Below, piece by piece: positions 1 to 13,214 of a stretch of DNA of 64,000 nucleotides. This stretch comes from Squalus acanthias. Lineage: Eukaryota. Below the pieces are notes generated by a model that made no database searches, had not been told where the DNA came from, and was given only the letters and a program-made list of their open reading frames with translations. Position numbers and translations under genes: made by a program. Where the stretch lies: the NCBI GenBank assembly GCA_030390025.1, contig CM059432.1:69442001-69506000 (forward strand). Direction: 5' to 3'. Position 1 is the stretch's first letter; each line of letters opens with the position of its first letter.

Positions 1-479
1 TGGGATTAATGTGGCGACAACTACCAGCAGCTGAAGCCTGATATGGACCTGCTGCAGACTGCACCGCTTGTGCAATTGCTTGAGCAACTTGGCCCTCTGT
101 GTTTCTGCTAGCTGTGCATGTATCAAAAGAAATCTGCAGGGGCTGGCATCCTGAAAGACAGCACCATGAATAGTTCTCATTCCTGCCATACTGCTGCCAC
201 TGGGCACTGTATCACATTAGCCACTGATCTGCTTGAAAGCAGATTTATTGGTCCCACTAGATCAGTAAAGCCCTCTCTCAGGGTTCTCTCTAACTGTATC
301 CCAATCCAATGGAGGACAGAATAGATAACCACTTCCAATTAGGCCTCTAAGGCTGAAATCTGAACATCTGTGAGAATAACTCAACTGCACTTAGAGCCAT
401 TGGAATTTGCATGAAAAAGAGGTTGAGTAGGATCAGGTGGGATGCAAGGATCCTAGGTTATATAACAGGAGGAGGACGC

Positions 480-925
480 TTGCCTGTTGTGACCCTTCCA
501 ATGGCATCTATTGTAAGTGGCAAACTCATATGGACTTGTCTGAAGAACATGACATGAAGAATTAGATTCACCAGAGAAATGGTGACAGAGTAGTGCAACT
601 CTGCTTCAGTTGACCTTCAAACACGAGGGCAGCCATGGCAAGGTGAGTGACTGTTAAAGACACCTCAGCTGTGAAATTTGTCACCTCAGGCTCTTTCCAG
701 TCTGGCACAGGGGATGTCAACAACAATAGTCAGTCATTTTTCCGATTAACAGCCAACAAAAACGTGAGAGAGCCCTAAGGTTTTTCCAAATCTCTGGATC
801 CCTAAAGTTCAGGTTATCACTGACTGGATACATTTAGCCCTACATGCTTCTGCACACAATAATGGAATATCCATAAACTGAGAGGGCTATCACTCTGTCA
901 ATGTGCAGGTAGTCTGCAACCATGT
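480..925 (+). mobile_element. Degenerate PIF/Harbinger (HARBI1-like) transposase remnant
   Basis: Manual translation gives VTVKDTSAVKFVTSGSFQSGTGDVNNNSQS (~647-736) and IN*EGYHSVNVQVVCNH (~873-923). These resemble the HARBI1-type motifs ALxFYxSGSFQxxxGDxxGISQ and NRKGxHSLNVQxVCD. Stops and deletions are present. Confidence 0.65.
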
Positions 926-1040
926 CATGGGAACACCATCACTTACAAGTTAATCTCCAAGTCACACACCATCCATATGTAGACATGTATTGCCATTTGA
1001 TCTTCATTGCTAGGTCAAAATCCTAGAACTTCTTCCAAAC
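925..1040 (+). mobile_element. Old 3' fragment of LINE family B
   Basis: catgggaacaccatcacttacaag...gtcaaaatcctagaac matches the 3' region of the copies at ~21738-21850 and ~38268-38375. Confidence 0.65.
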
Positions 1041-1339
1041 ATTGGGTTCCCAACCCTTCAGCTTTGAGCAGGGGTCTACTGGAATGGGCGATTGGTCTCC
1101 CGAGTGCTGCTGCTGGCCACTCGGGAGAAATGGTGCGGTTCACGCACACACGGTAACTGGACTCTCGTGGCTTGTAACCAAACCGTGTTATCTGAGCCTT
1201 GCTGGAGTGCACTGCTTCATTGCTGGTGGTGAGGATGACGCATAAGGACCAACGAAAATCACCTGGAAACTCCGTGAGTCCTGAGAGAGCAACTGGGGGA
1301 GCGAGAGAGAGAAACACACACTGTGGGAGGGGGAGAGAG

Positions 1340-4300
1340 TCATAGAGTTATACAGCACAGAAAGAGGACCTTCGGCCCATCGTGTCTGCGCCGGCCATCA
1401 AGCCCTGTCTATTCTAATCCCATTTTCCAGCACTTGGTCCGTAGCCTTGTATGCTATGGCATTTCAAGTGCTCATCTAAATGCTTCTTGAATGTTGTGAG
1501 GGTTCCTGCCTCTACCACCCTTTCAGGCAGTGAGTTCCAGATTCCAATCACCCTCTGGGTGAAAAAGTTTTTCCTCAAATCCCCTCTAAACCTCCTGCCC
1601 CTTAACTTGAAACTATGCCCCCCTTGTTATTGACCCCTCTACTAGGGGAAAAGTTCCTTTCTATCTACCCTATCTATGCCCCTCATACTTTTGTACACCT
1701 CAATCAGGTCCCCCCTCAGCCTTCTCTGCTCTAAGGAAAACAACCCCAGTCTCTCTTCATAGCTGAAGCACTGCAGCCCAGGTAACATCCTGGTGAATCT
1801 CCTCTGCACCCTCTCCAATGCAATCACATCCTTCCTATAGTGTGGCGACCAGAACTGCACACAGTATTCCAGCTGTGGCCTAACTAGCATTTTGTACAGC
1901 TCCATCATAACCTCCCTGCTCTTATATTCTATGCCTCGGCTAATGAAGGCAAGTATCCCATATGCCTTTTTAACCACCTTATCCACCTGTCCTGCTGCCT
2001 TCAGGGATCTATGTACATGCACACCAAGGTCCCTCTGATCCTCTGTCCTTTCTAGGGTCCTACCATTCATTGTGTATTCCCTTGCCTTCTTAGTCCTCCC
2101 AAAATGCATCACCTCACACTTTTCAGGGTTAAATTCCATTTTCCACTGTTCTGCCCATCTGACCAACCCGTCTATATCGTCCTGTAGCCTGAGGCTTCCC
2201 TCCTCGCTATTTACCACCCCACCAATTTTCGTGTCATCTGCAAACTTACTGATCATACCTCCTACATTCATATCTAAATCATTAATGTACACTATAAACA
2301 GCAAAGGACCCAGCACCGATCCCTGTGGTACACCACTGGATACAGGCTTCCAGTCACAAAAACAACCTTCGACCATCACCCTCTGCCTCCTGCCACTAAG
2401 CCAATTTTGGATCCAATGTGCCAAGTTGCCCTGGATCCCATGGGCTCTTACCTTCTTGACCAGTCTCCCATGCGGGACTTTGTCAAAAGCCTGACTGAAG
2501 TCCATGTAAACCACATCAACTGCACTACCCTCATTCACACACCTAGTCATCCCCTCGAAAAATTCAATCAAATTGGTCAGACATGATCTCCCCCTGACAA
2601 AGCTATGCTAACTATCCTTGATTAATCCTTGCCTCTCCAAGTGGAGACTAATTCTGTCCCTCAGAATTTTTTCCAATAATTTCCCTACCACTGATGTTAG
2701 GCTCACTGGCCTTTAATTCCCTGGTTTATCCCTACTACCCTTCTTGAATAATGGTACTACGTTAGCTGTTCTCCAGTCCTCTGGCACCTCCCCTGTGGCC
2801 AGAGATGTTCTGAAAATTTGTGTCAGAGCCCCTGCAATCTCCTCCCTTGCCTCACACAGAGCCTGGGATACATCTCATCTGGGCCTGGGGATTTATCCAC
2901 TTTTAAGCCCGCTAAAACCGCTAGTACCTCCTCCCTCTCAATACTAATTTGTTCAAGTATATCACAATCCCCCTGCCTGATTTCTATGCCTACATCGTCC
3001 TTCTCCACAGTGAACACAGATGCAAAATATTCATTTAAAACCCCACCTACATCTTCTGGCTCTACACACAGATTGCCACTTTGGTCCCTAATGGGCCCTA
3101 CTCTTTCCCTGGTTATCCTCTTGCCCTTAATATACTTATAAAACACCTTGGGATTTTCCTTTATTTTGCCCACCAGTGTTATTTCATGCCCCCTCTTCGC
3201 TCTCCTAATTTCTTTTTTAAGTACCCCCCCCTGCACTTTCTATACGCCTCTAGGGCTTCCACTGTTTTTAGTCCTTTGTATCTGCCAAAAGCCTCCCTTT
3301 TTTTCCTAATCCATTCTCGTATATCCCTTGACATCCAGGGTTCCCTGGGCTTGTTGGTCCCACCCTTGACCTTTACGGGAACATGTTGCCATTGTACTCT
3401 CTCTATTTCCTTTCTGAAAGACTCCCACTGCTCTGATGTGGATTTTCCTACAAGTAGCTGATCCCAGTCCACTTTGGCCAGATCCTGCCTTTATCATATT
3501 AAAATCGGCCTTCCCCCAATTTAGAACCTTTATTTCCGGTCCATCTTTGTCCTTTTCCATGACTACCTTAAATCTCACCGAATTATGGTCACTGTCACCA
3601 AAATGCGCTCCTACTAACACTTCTACCACTTGCCCGGCTACATTCCCTAAAATTAGGTCCAGTACCGCCCCCTCTCTTGTAGGACTTTCTACATGCTGGC
3701 TCAAAAAGCTCTCCTGGATGCACTTTAAGAATTCCGCACCCTCTAAGCCTTTCACACTCTGACTATCTCAGTTAATATTGGGGAAGTTGAAATCCCCTAC
3801 TATTATTACCTTATTTTTTCTACACTTCTCTGAGATTTGCCTACATATCTGTTCCTCTATCTCCCCCTGACTGTTTGGGGGCCTATAGTACACTCCCAGC
3901 AAAGTGCCTGCCCCCTTTTTGTTTTTAAGTTCTACACATATGGCCTCATTAGAGGAACCTGCTAAGATATCATCCCTCCTTACAGCAGTTATTGACTCCT
4001 TGATTAATATTGCGACACCCCCTCCTCTTTTACACCCCCCCTCTGTCTCGCCTGAAGATTCTATACCCTGGAATATTGAGCTGCCAGTCCTACCCCTCCC
4101 TCAACCATGTCTCTGTGATAGCAACAATATCATACTCCCATGTGTTCATCAACACCTTCAATTCATCTACCTTACTCGCAAGACTCCTTGCATTAAAATA
4201 AATGCTATCCAGCCTTGCCATTACATATTTGCTCTGCCTTTCAGGCTGACTTGTTTTTTCCTCTATATTTGGCTGTGCATCACCCCCTACTATAGCTCCA

Positions 4301-4572
4301 CTCCATATCCCATCCCCCTGCCAAGTTAGTTTAAACCCCCCCAACAGTACTAGCAAATCTCCCCGCAAGGGTGTTGGTCCCGTTCCGGTTCAGGTGCAAC
4401 CCGTCTGACTTGTACAGGTCCCACCTTCCCCAGAAGCAGACCCAGTGATCCAGGAAACTAAAGCCCTCCCTCCTGCACCAACTCTTTAGCCACGCATTCA
4501 TCTGCTCTATCCTCCTATTCCTATACTCACTAGCATGTGGCACCGGGAGTAATCCAGAGATTACAACCTTTG
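1340..4572 (-). mobile_element. CR1 LINE, 5'-truncated within ORF1 (esterase-like ORF1 C-terminus plus frameshifted ORF2 endonuclease-RT)
   Basis: ORFs 4331-4648 (VISGLLP...DGLHLN, SGNH-like), 4090-4368 (YFNARSL, AITETWL), 3306-3755 (LDLIL, SDHN), 2823-3236 and 1642-2571 ([25 protein letters not shown]). CR1 3' tail at 1340-1400. Confidence 0.95.
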
Positions 4573-4607
4573 AGAAAGAGCAACACAAACTGAAGGGGGG
4601 GGGAGAG

Positions 4608-4645
<38 letters not shown>

Positions 4646-5445
4646 CACTAACTGGGGAGAGAGAAGAGAGAAACACTAACTGGGGAGAGAGAAGACAGAA
4701 ACACTAACTGGGGAGAGAGAAGAGAGAAACACTAACTGGGGAGAGAGAGAAACACAAACTATGGGAGAGAGAGAAACACAAACTATGGGAGAGAGAGAAA
4801 CACAAACTATGGGAGAGAGAAGAGAGAAACACTAACTGGGGAGAGAGAGAAACACAAACTGGGGAAGGGAGGGAGAGAGAGAAACACAAACTGGGGGAGA
4901 GAGAGAAACACAAACTGGGGAAGGGAGGGAGAGCAACACAAACTGGGGAAGGGAGGGAGAGAGAAACACAAATTGGGGAAGGGAGGGAGAGAGAAACACA
5001 AATTGGGGAAGGGAGGGAGAGAGAGAAACACAAACTGGGGGAGAGAGAGCAACACAAACTGGGGAAGGGAGGGAGAGAGAAACACAAACTGGGGAAGGGA
5101 GGGAGAGAGAGAAACACAAACTGGGGGAGGGAGAGCAACACAAATTGGGGAAGGGAGGGAGAGAGAAACACAAACTGGGGAAGGGAGGGAGAGAAACACA
5201 AACTGGGGAAGGGAGGGAGAGAGAAACACAAACTGGGGAAGGGAGGGAGAGCAACACAAACTGGGGAAGGGAGGGAGAGAAACACAAACTGGGGAAGGGA
5301 GGGAGAGCAACACAAACTGGGGAAGGGAGAGAGAGAAACACAAACTGGGGGAGGGAGAGAGAGAAACACAAACTGGGGGGGGAGAGAAAAACACAAACTG
5401 GGGAGCGAGAGAGAGAAACACAAACTGGGGAAAGGAGGGAGTGAG
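4573..5445. repeat. Purine-rich minisatellite, ~26-34-bp unit (acacaaactggggaagggagggagagagaa), with a (GA)n run near its start
   Basis: Roughly 25-30 tandem variants visible directly. It produces the repetitive PSLPQFVFLS-type ORFs. Confidence 0.95.
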
Positions 5446-5631
5446 ATAGGCAAGCTGCAGGGAGAGTGAATTCATGTCGGCCTGTGATGTGTGCTGGTGT
5501 ATAATGTGTTTTATTATGTGAGTCAGGCGCTGCTCTCTGAGGACTGAGCCTCACCTCTCTCAAGCTGGACTTCAGCAGTGGGGTGTGGGAGTCAGTGAAA
5601 TGAATTAGGTTTGGTTTTGTTTGTATTTATT

Positions 5632-6372
5632 GGCCTGTAATTTGTGGTGGGTAGTAACAGCGAATGAACAGCATTTGCTGTTGTTACCTTTTTGAAACTG
5701 ACTGCAACTTCAGGATTTAGCGCATATGCATCCGAACGTGGAAATCCTGAAGTTGCGGTCAGTCATTCACTGCCCCGACACTGGCTGCATTGTGGGCCCC
5801 CCACAGCCGGCAATCAATGTAATCAGGGAAATCAGTGAAACTGACAAGAACTTTGGCTTTTCTGCAGTATATGGCTGTTAAATACCACAATAAAAGTTCG
5901 ACCCTTTTGGATTAGGTGTAACTAGAGTTTTAACAGCATATTGACTGCTAAACAAACGTTATGGCCCTGAAAAACTAATTTTAATTTTGTGGAGTGTCAA
6001 ATTTATCCATTTTAATAAAAATTTAAATTTTTAAGAAATTTTAAATTTTTTTATTAAGAATGTTTATCTTTATTTCAGGTTTACCTTTTCCCCATGTGAG
6101 AGCACCAATCTTTGGTTTGGTCTTTATAACATTTTTTAAAAGTCACTTCCTGGTTCCTGATCTGTGTGAATTCTGCATTGTGATTGGCTGCTTAGACAAC
6201 TTGTTGATGTCACAGCAGCTTACGTTCGGGATCCCCATTAATTTGCACTGATCTCAACTGAATGTGGAAAAGCCGAACTTCTTGCCACAGAGATCGTGAG
6301 ATCTTTGTGGGAAGCTTACCTCGGGGCCAGTGGCGAATGCCTTTGCTTCACCGCTGACCGCAAATTACGGGC
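5632..6372. mobile_element. Non-autonomous TIR element (MITE, probably PIF/Harbinger-type)
   Basis: Left end ggcctgtaatttgtggt versus right end accgcaaattacgggc (imperfect inverted repeat). Internal hairpin gcaacttcaggattt...aaatcctgaagttgc at ~5704-5756. AT-rich core. Confidence 0.65.
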
Positions 6373-8024
6373 AATATTTTTATAACTTGCTATGTATTGT
6401 AAAAAGTCATACAATTGTACAAAAACTTTAGTTAGAAGTTACTTATATCAATGATGTTTTTGTTGAATCAGTGGAATTTACTTGGTGTTTCTTATTGCAG
6501 TCAATACTATAGAAACATCACAGAAGTAGTTTTTTTATTTGAACATTACTTATCCTTAAATCTTTCTATTCTTTTGTGTTCTTTCTTTGACTTATAAAAT
6601 GCCATTCATCTCGCTATAAAACAAAAAAATCAATTAATTTATTTGGGGCTTGGTGATAATCAGATATTCAACTAAGGTAAATGCAATAAAATTTGCTAAC
6701 AGTGGGCAAATGTCACATGATCAAATGTCATGTGATTAATAAGCATCACCTGAGTGGTGTCACCTGGTCAAATGCCATGTGATCAAATCTCCATGAATCC
6801 ATCAAACCAGAATTGGCACCCCTAACCTAGCACCATTATGTTAAGGTGGACTACCGAGTTTATGTCCTTGTAAGACTTTAAAGACAGCACCAGCAAATAA
6901 TATATCTCACCCAAATGGTCAAGCACAAAATGGGAGGTGTGAACCATGCCTGGTGATGGTGAGTTAACAGGTATACACTGGGGCATTGGGTTGACATGAG
7001 AATTGGTTCCAGGCTTTCTATAAGAGTATGGCCTTTCTAGTATTACATTATTTTTATATTATCAATTGATTTGATATTTTGACAGACAATTTAGGGAAGC
7101 CTTAAATGGAATACTGTCTCTTTAAAGACACAATGCAATTACATCTGAAATAATTCTTCATTGGATGTACAGCTGTCAGTGTTGGGGCTGGTGATAGGCA
7201 GCTTGCGTGACAAGAATGCTCCTAATCTATCTCTTCTCTCCAGATCTGTGGCTTTTTAGTGAATGACAGGCACCATCCAGCATGTAGCATTTTTCTGTGG
7301 CAGCTTGCTAACAAAAACATGAGAGATCAGCCCTTCTGCTCTGTTTCCGCTGGCTGCTCACTGTGATTTATTTGAAATCCCAACAGCTTATCAGCCAAGT
7401 TTGAGGAATGCAGACTTCGTGCCTACCTGTTTACTCTAGGCGCTGGGTCTATTGTTCTGTCATATGCCCTGAATGATTATGGATGGTTGACCTTGGCTGG
7501 TAAACTGTGATGATTTTACAAGTATCAACATGTTTCTAAGATAGTAAGCCATAGGTTCATTTACTGTTTATAATTTTGTATTTTATGCTCACAGAAATCT
7601 GACTGACTGATTCTTTGATTTAACACTGATGTATATACTATTTGGAATTCAGATATATAACTCGGTTAAGTGTCTTGGGTGATGAACAGCTGAATTACTG
7701 CTGAGTTATCAAGTTCGCTTGTGAATGCGGGATTATTGATGTAATACCCTACTGCTATTAAGAGAATTTTGGTTACATTTATTAATAACGTAACAGAAAT
7801 GTCTTTTATTCAAAGAAAATTTTTGATATTAAGACCTAGAAATTGGTTCACGAAGGATACTGGCGCTAGAACGGGTAGGCCCGAGGAACACCTGATATTG
7901 AGTCTCGGGATTCATCTACATGAGACTGGCGAACTGTTGATGCTTGCTGGGCTCCCCAGGCAGGTCGCCAATGAAGATGATTTCAATTTTTGGACAACGT
8001 GTCACCGGGCGTGGTCCTCGGAGT

Positions 8025-8148
8025 GGGGAGAGGCGATCAAGAGGGTGGGGGCAATTGGGAGAGAGGTAGAAGATCAGCCATGATCTTACTGAATGGCGGA
8101 GCAGGCTCGAAGGGCCAAATGGCCTACTCCTGCTCCTATTTCTTATGT
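8025..8148 (+). mobile_element. CR1 3'-end fragment
   Basis: gatcagccatgatcttactgaatggcggagcaggctcgaagggccaaatggcctactcctgctcctatttcttatg, the same tail as at ~31915-32000 and ~56955-57030. Confidence 0.85.
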
Positions 8149-8689
8149 CCAATCAGAAGAGGGAGGGCTCACTATCAATACATAATGATCCTTCACCCAT
8201 GAAACTTTGCTGGATTCATGGCGGGGTTGGTGCAGTGGGTGGAAGTATCATCCTGATCCTGTAGGGTAAGATTAAGGAAAATGCAACTGTTTCAAGACAA
8301 TTTTTGCCAGTAGTCACTTTATTTATTTTTTTGACTCAAGCTCCCTTTATTGGCACCAACGAGTTGGCCAATATGGATCCTCCAAGTTGACGTGTTCAGA
8401 GGAAGGAGGGAGGGGCTGTGGAGGAATGTCAAGCAGTACAGGCCGTCCAAGAGGTGGTACGCGCTCTCCTGCCACTAACTGGACCCTTGAATCTGTAGAG
8501 AGAGATAACATGCCTCGCTTTAGCAGACATTGTACCAGTCGGGATTCCTTTTTCCAAAGAAAGTTGTGCCATCAAACCCCTGGCGGCATCACAATGAGAT
8601 GTTAATGCCCGACTAATTGATATGCTGAAAGGTTATTCAGAAGCACCCAAGTCACAACATGCCATGCTTTACACTGTACTGTACAGTAG

Positions 8690-9140
8690 TGTCAGCTATG
8701 GCTCAGTGGGTAGCATACTCGCGTCTGAGTCAGAAGGTTGTGGGTTCAAGTCCCATTCCAGGGACTTGAGCACATAAAGCTAGGCTGACACTCCAGTGCA
8801 GTGCTGAGGGAGTGCTGCACTGTCGGAGGTGTCGTCATTCAAATGAGACATTAAACCGAGGCCCCGACTGCACTCTCAGGTGGACGTAAAAGATCCCATG
8901 GCACTATTTTGAAGAAGAGCAGGGGAGTTATCCCCGGTGTCCCTCAATCAACATAACAAAAACAGATTATCTGGTCATTATCACATTGCTGTTTGTGGGA
9001 GCTTGCTGTGCGCAAATTGGCTGCCGCGTTTCTCGCATTACAACAGTGACTAGACTCCAGAAAAGTACTTCATTGGCTGTAAAGTGCTTTGAGACGTCCG
9101 GTGGTCGTGAAAGGCGCTATATAAATGTAAGTCTTTCTTT
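8690..9140 (+). mobile_element. tRNA-derived Deu-domain SINE (SacSINE1/AmnSINE-like) with L2-type tail
   Basis: A box tggctcagtgg (8699-8709) and B box ggttcaagtccc (~8743-8754). Core ...gagacattaaaccgagg...aaagatcccatggcacta. Tail ggcgctatataaatgtaagtctttc is shared with the L2 3' end at ~23795. Second copy at 39187-39642. Confidence 0.85.
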
Positions 9141-9145
9141 TATTG

Positions 9146-10206
9146 TGAAAGAAGGTATACCAGGGTCATCCGGAGCCCGTTTGGCCATACCTGCCACGAT
9201 GCCACCAGCCATTTCTGTAGCCTGTGTAAGGGGTTTTTGTCTCGGGCTTATTTGTAGGTCAGCCAGTTATGTTTTCCTGGACTGTCCTGCGCCCGCTATG
9301 CGGTTGCGAATCGCTATCCCCTTTATTAGTTCTGAGCCCAGGACTTATCGAGCGGCAATAAAGACAAACAAACAGACTCGTGGATTGGTGCGAGGAAAAC
9401 CAATGTTTATTTTCAGAAGTAAAACTACAGAGAAACAGTATATGAAAACGGTTTTACACTTAGCATAGGAAGAGAACGGACACATCGAGGGAAAATCCTA
9501 AAATTACAGTTTTAGCAATATCCCCATTAATCCCCACCCTTATGCCTAACTAAAATTGTCTTGCGACAGCCAGAAGAAAGATAATGCTCACCGGTAAAAT
9601 GGATGGAAAAAAAACCTTGTCCTGTGCTCTGTTTCTGCCGTTGACACGTGGCTCCGAAGTTTCTGGTAGTCTTCTTTCTTAGCTGCTGGCAGACAGAGCG
9701 AACCGAGGGTCCAGGCAGAGAGAGAGAAAAATGGCTGGGTCTTCCCAGTTATACCCCCTCCGGTCGCTCTAATCTTCCCACCGATCAGCACATTTCTATT
9801 GTCTGATCTGGGCATGATGAATTTTAACAAAAGGTACTGGTCTCGGCCCATCATGTTAGATGGCCGGTAATGGTGTGATACCAGTTCTTCAACTGCCACC
9901 CTATTGTTCGACAGGTTGGATGATTGTCCAGAACAGTTCCGTTGATGGGCCCAGCGCCGTCTCAATGTCCCCGCCGATTACTTGAGCAAACACCTTGAAA
10001 GCCTTATGCATAGACCTGATTGTAATGCATAAGGAAAGGTCCTGTCCTGTTGCAGACATCGGAATACACAAGCTGACACGAGGTCCGACCGCGGCCATTT
10101 TATGCCCTGGATTTTAAAACTCAGTCTGACCAGGGTTTCTTTATTAATAAGTCCAACAACAAACATCTTCGGTGGGGGAACACATGAAATTTTGCGAATC
10201 CTTTCA
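9146..10206 (-). mobile_element. Probable solo LTR (ERV/LTR-retrotransposon)
   Basis: Ends TGAAAG...CTTTCA (TG..CA with a 6-bp inverted repeat). On the - strand there is a TATA-like ggtataactg (~9746-9755) followed by AATAAA at ~9406 and ~9322. Non-coding and CpG-rich relative to the flanks. No clean target-site duplication (attg/cctg). Confidence 0.5.
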
Positions 10207-11937
10207 CCTGTCAAACCTACCTGGGAATATACATGGGAACCTACCACCCTCAGGGTCTGAGTCGGTAAAGGAGCAGATGCCAAGTTGTACCATTTCCTAT
10301 AAGAACACTTCTGGCTACCATCCAGCATGGAATCTGCATATATGCAGGGACAAAAATGTTCAGTTGTGTTCTGAAACTTGGCTGCACCTTTTGCAGGCAT
10401 GCTGCAGTGCTGGCTTATGAGATGGTGCTGTGGCACAGAGGTCAACCAACCCTCTTTGCAAGAACTACTTCGACTTCAGCAATCATCAGAGACCAGGTGC
10501 TGGGCTGGGCTGGGCTGCACTGTCACTTGTCGACAGACTCCTGTGGATCCCCTGCCCTTTACTTTGGCCTGCCAGTTTTTATCCCTTGTCCCTTCAGCCT
10601 TGCAAACACTGCTGGCTGCTAGGTTGAGATGCTCTCCAGAAGCTTTCTAAATTTTTGGCCTCCTCCTTGTGACACTCCTCTTTAATTGTCTCCATCACCT
10701 TTAAGTTTGACTTACAGACAATTTTCCCTTCCTACCAGTGGTGTCATTCTTGGATCCATCTGAGTTTGCAATTGTAATTGTGAATTAGGCCCTGAATTTC
10801 CAGAGGGTTCTCCCAACCCTGTAAATTTGCCAGATCAGTGGAACTCCTGGTGTAAACGGCAATTTTTAAGCCGTTTATGCCATTGCTCCGAGGAGTCCAC
10901 TGATCTCCTGGCAAAAGTTCAAGGCGTAATTATGCAATTGAGTTTAGAGCTGAAAATTGATTGCTCCCTGCACGAGATTCAGGTGGGTTTTAAAGCAGTG
11001 CAAACCAAATTAGAATTGATTTGTACCAAAGCATTTACATTCATGTTTCGGAAGGTCTGGCTTGGAATTATGAGTAGAAGATTTCTCAATGTAGGATAGG
11101 ACCTGGATGAGTACAGAAAATAAAGGTTCAGTTGAATCCTAGCAAAGCTTGCAGTTTTTATTAACTTTGTGTGAGATTTTGCTTTGGGCAAAGTAAAAAT
11201 TAAAGGTACAGTCCCTGAAGAGTTTAGATTTAATTCTGAAGTAATTATAGCTGAAGGAGCTGATTTTATGTAAATTTAGAACTTTATGCACATCAAAAAA
11301 AGTAAAATATTTTTTGTCATGTCCTCTTTCGTTGCATATCAGAGGTTCTTAATGGCCTGCTTTTACAGAATGTTTTGAAAATTTGAAACAAGGATGGCAA
11401 CTGTTCATGTTAGAATCTGAAGTCAGTCATTTGATGCATAAAGAGTGCTCATCAATCACTGAAAAAGGATACAGCCTTTACAATGTATAAACCCTTTTGT
11501 AGAGGGTTGACAAAGCCATATAACAATTCTTCTGAAAAAAACAAAGATGTTTGAGGAAGAAACCTATGAGGAAAAGAGGTATATACTTGTAGCCAGTGGG
11601 GTAATTTGAATGGTATCCGGTAATGCAAGGATTCAATAATAGAGTTGGGGAAAAATGAACTGATGATCGGGTATGCTGACAGTCTTTTTATAGAGACAGG
11701 AACAACCAACCATGTGTTGAAAATAACTTTGTCATCATGGTTTTCAAATTTCCCACATGATTCCCTAGGACCAATAAGGCAGATTCATGCAGTGTATGAA
11801 GAATGCAGAAAAAATAAGGAATACTTTCCAGTGGTTGAAAATCAAAACTTGTTCTATCAAATTTTCTTGCAGATCCATTTTCCTCTTCATCAAGCCAAAT
11901 GCAGTTTCTCAAGAAAAAAATTGTGATATTGACAACT

Positions 11938-13214
11938 AAAAGGCAGATCGTGTTTGACTAATCTAATTGCATTTTTGATGAAGTAACAGAGAGGATTGAT
12001 GAAGGGAATGCAATGGATGTTGTCTACATGGATTTTTGGAAGGCGTCTGACAAAGTACCACACAGAAGGCTGGTTAACAAAATTGAGGCTCCTGGAATAG
12101 GTGGGTCAGTGGCAGCTTGGATAAGGAATTGGCTTAAGGACAGAAAACAGCGAGTTGTGGTAAATGGCTGTTTTTCAGACTGGAGGATAATAGACAGTGG
12201 TGTTCCCCAAGGGTCAGTGCTGGGGCCACTGCTTTTTTTAATAAATATAAATGACCTGGATATTGGAATACAGGGTAGAATTTCTAAATTTGCCGATGAC
12301 ACTAAACTTGGGGGTGTGGCAAACAGTGAGGATGATACCAATCGGCTGCAACAGGACATAAAAAGGCTAGTAGAATGAGCAGACAAGTGGCAGATGGAAT
12401 TTAATACAGAGAAGTGTGAGGTGATGCATTTTGGCAGAAGGAACAGGGAGAGGCAATATACACTTAATGGCACAGTTTTAAAGAGTGTGCAGGGACAGAG
12501 GGACCTGGGAGTTAATGTGCATAGGTCCCTGAAGGTGGCAGGACATATTGAAAGAGTGGTTAGCAAAGCATATGGGATCTTGGGCTTCATAAATGGAGGT
12601 ATTGAGTACAAAAGTAGAGAAGTTATACTGAACCTTTATAAAGCGCTGGTTAGGCCACAACTGGAGTATTGCGTCCAGTTCTGGCCACCACACTTTAGGA
12701 AGGATGTGAAGGCCCTTGAGAGGGTGCAGAGGAGATTTACCAGAATGGTTCCGGGGATGGGGGATCTTGGCTATAAGGACAGGTTGGAGAAGCTGGATTT
12801 GTTTTCATTAGAGCAAAGGAGGTTGAGGGGTGATTTGATAGAGGTGTACAAGATTATGATGGGTTTGGATAGGCTAGACAGGGAAAGGCTGTTCCCACTA
12901 GTTGAAGGTACAAGGACTAGGGGACACAGATTTAAGGTTTTGGGCAAGAGATACAGGGGGATGTGAGGAAAAACTTTTACGCAGCGAGTGGTGAGGACCT
13001 GGAACTCGCTGCCGACGGAAGTGGTGGAAGCGGAGACACTCAATATTTTCAAGGGGAGACTGGATAGGCACTTGAGGGAAATAAACTTGCAGGGCTATGG
13101 GGATAGAGCGGGGGAATGGGACTGACTGAATTGCTCTACAGAGAGCTGGCACGGACTCGATGGGCCAAATGGCCTCCTTCTGTGCTGTATGACTCTATGA
13201 CTCTCTATGACTAT
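11938..13214 (+). mobile_element. CR1 LINE, 5'-truncated (RT C-terminal half and 3' tail)
   Basis: ORFs 12013-12378 and 12394-12966 ([23 protein letters not shown]). (tatgactc)n tail. Confidence 0.95.

Noticed and set aside
1096..1128. 11-bp hairpin tctcccgagtg/cactcgggaga
   Set aside because: Isolated and short. It probably belongs to an unidentified repeat and has no supporting context.
2072..3762. Many antisense ORFs overlapping LINE RT regions, here and throughout the window
   Set aside because: Shadow frames of CR1 and family-B coding sequence.
4573..5563. Long ORFs (220-250 aa) and a superficially CRISPR-like repeat array
   Set aside because: Tandem minisatellite with no unique spacers and no cas genes. 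The ORFs are open only because the repeat lacks stop codons.
8387..8620. Short ORF with moderately GC-rich sequence
   Set aside because: No identifiable domain or element boundaries.
8690..8765. tRNA-like A/B boxes
   Set aside because: This is the head of a SINE that continues into a Deu core and L2 tail. It is not a stand-alone tRNA gene.
11452..11926. Unique-looking ORFs on both strands
   Set aside because: No recognisable motif or convincing splice sites. It may be a decayed element but I cannot assign it.
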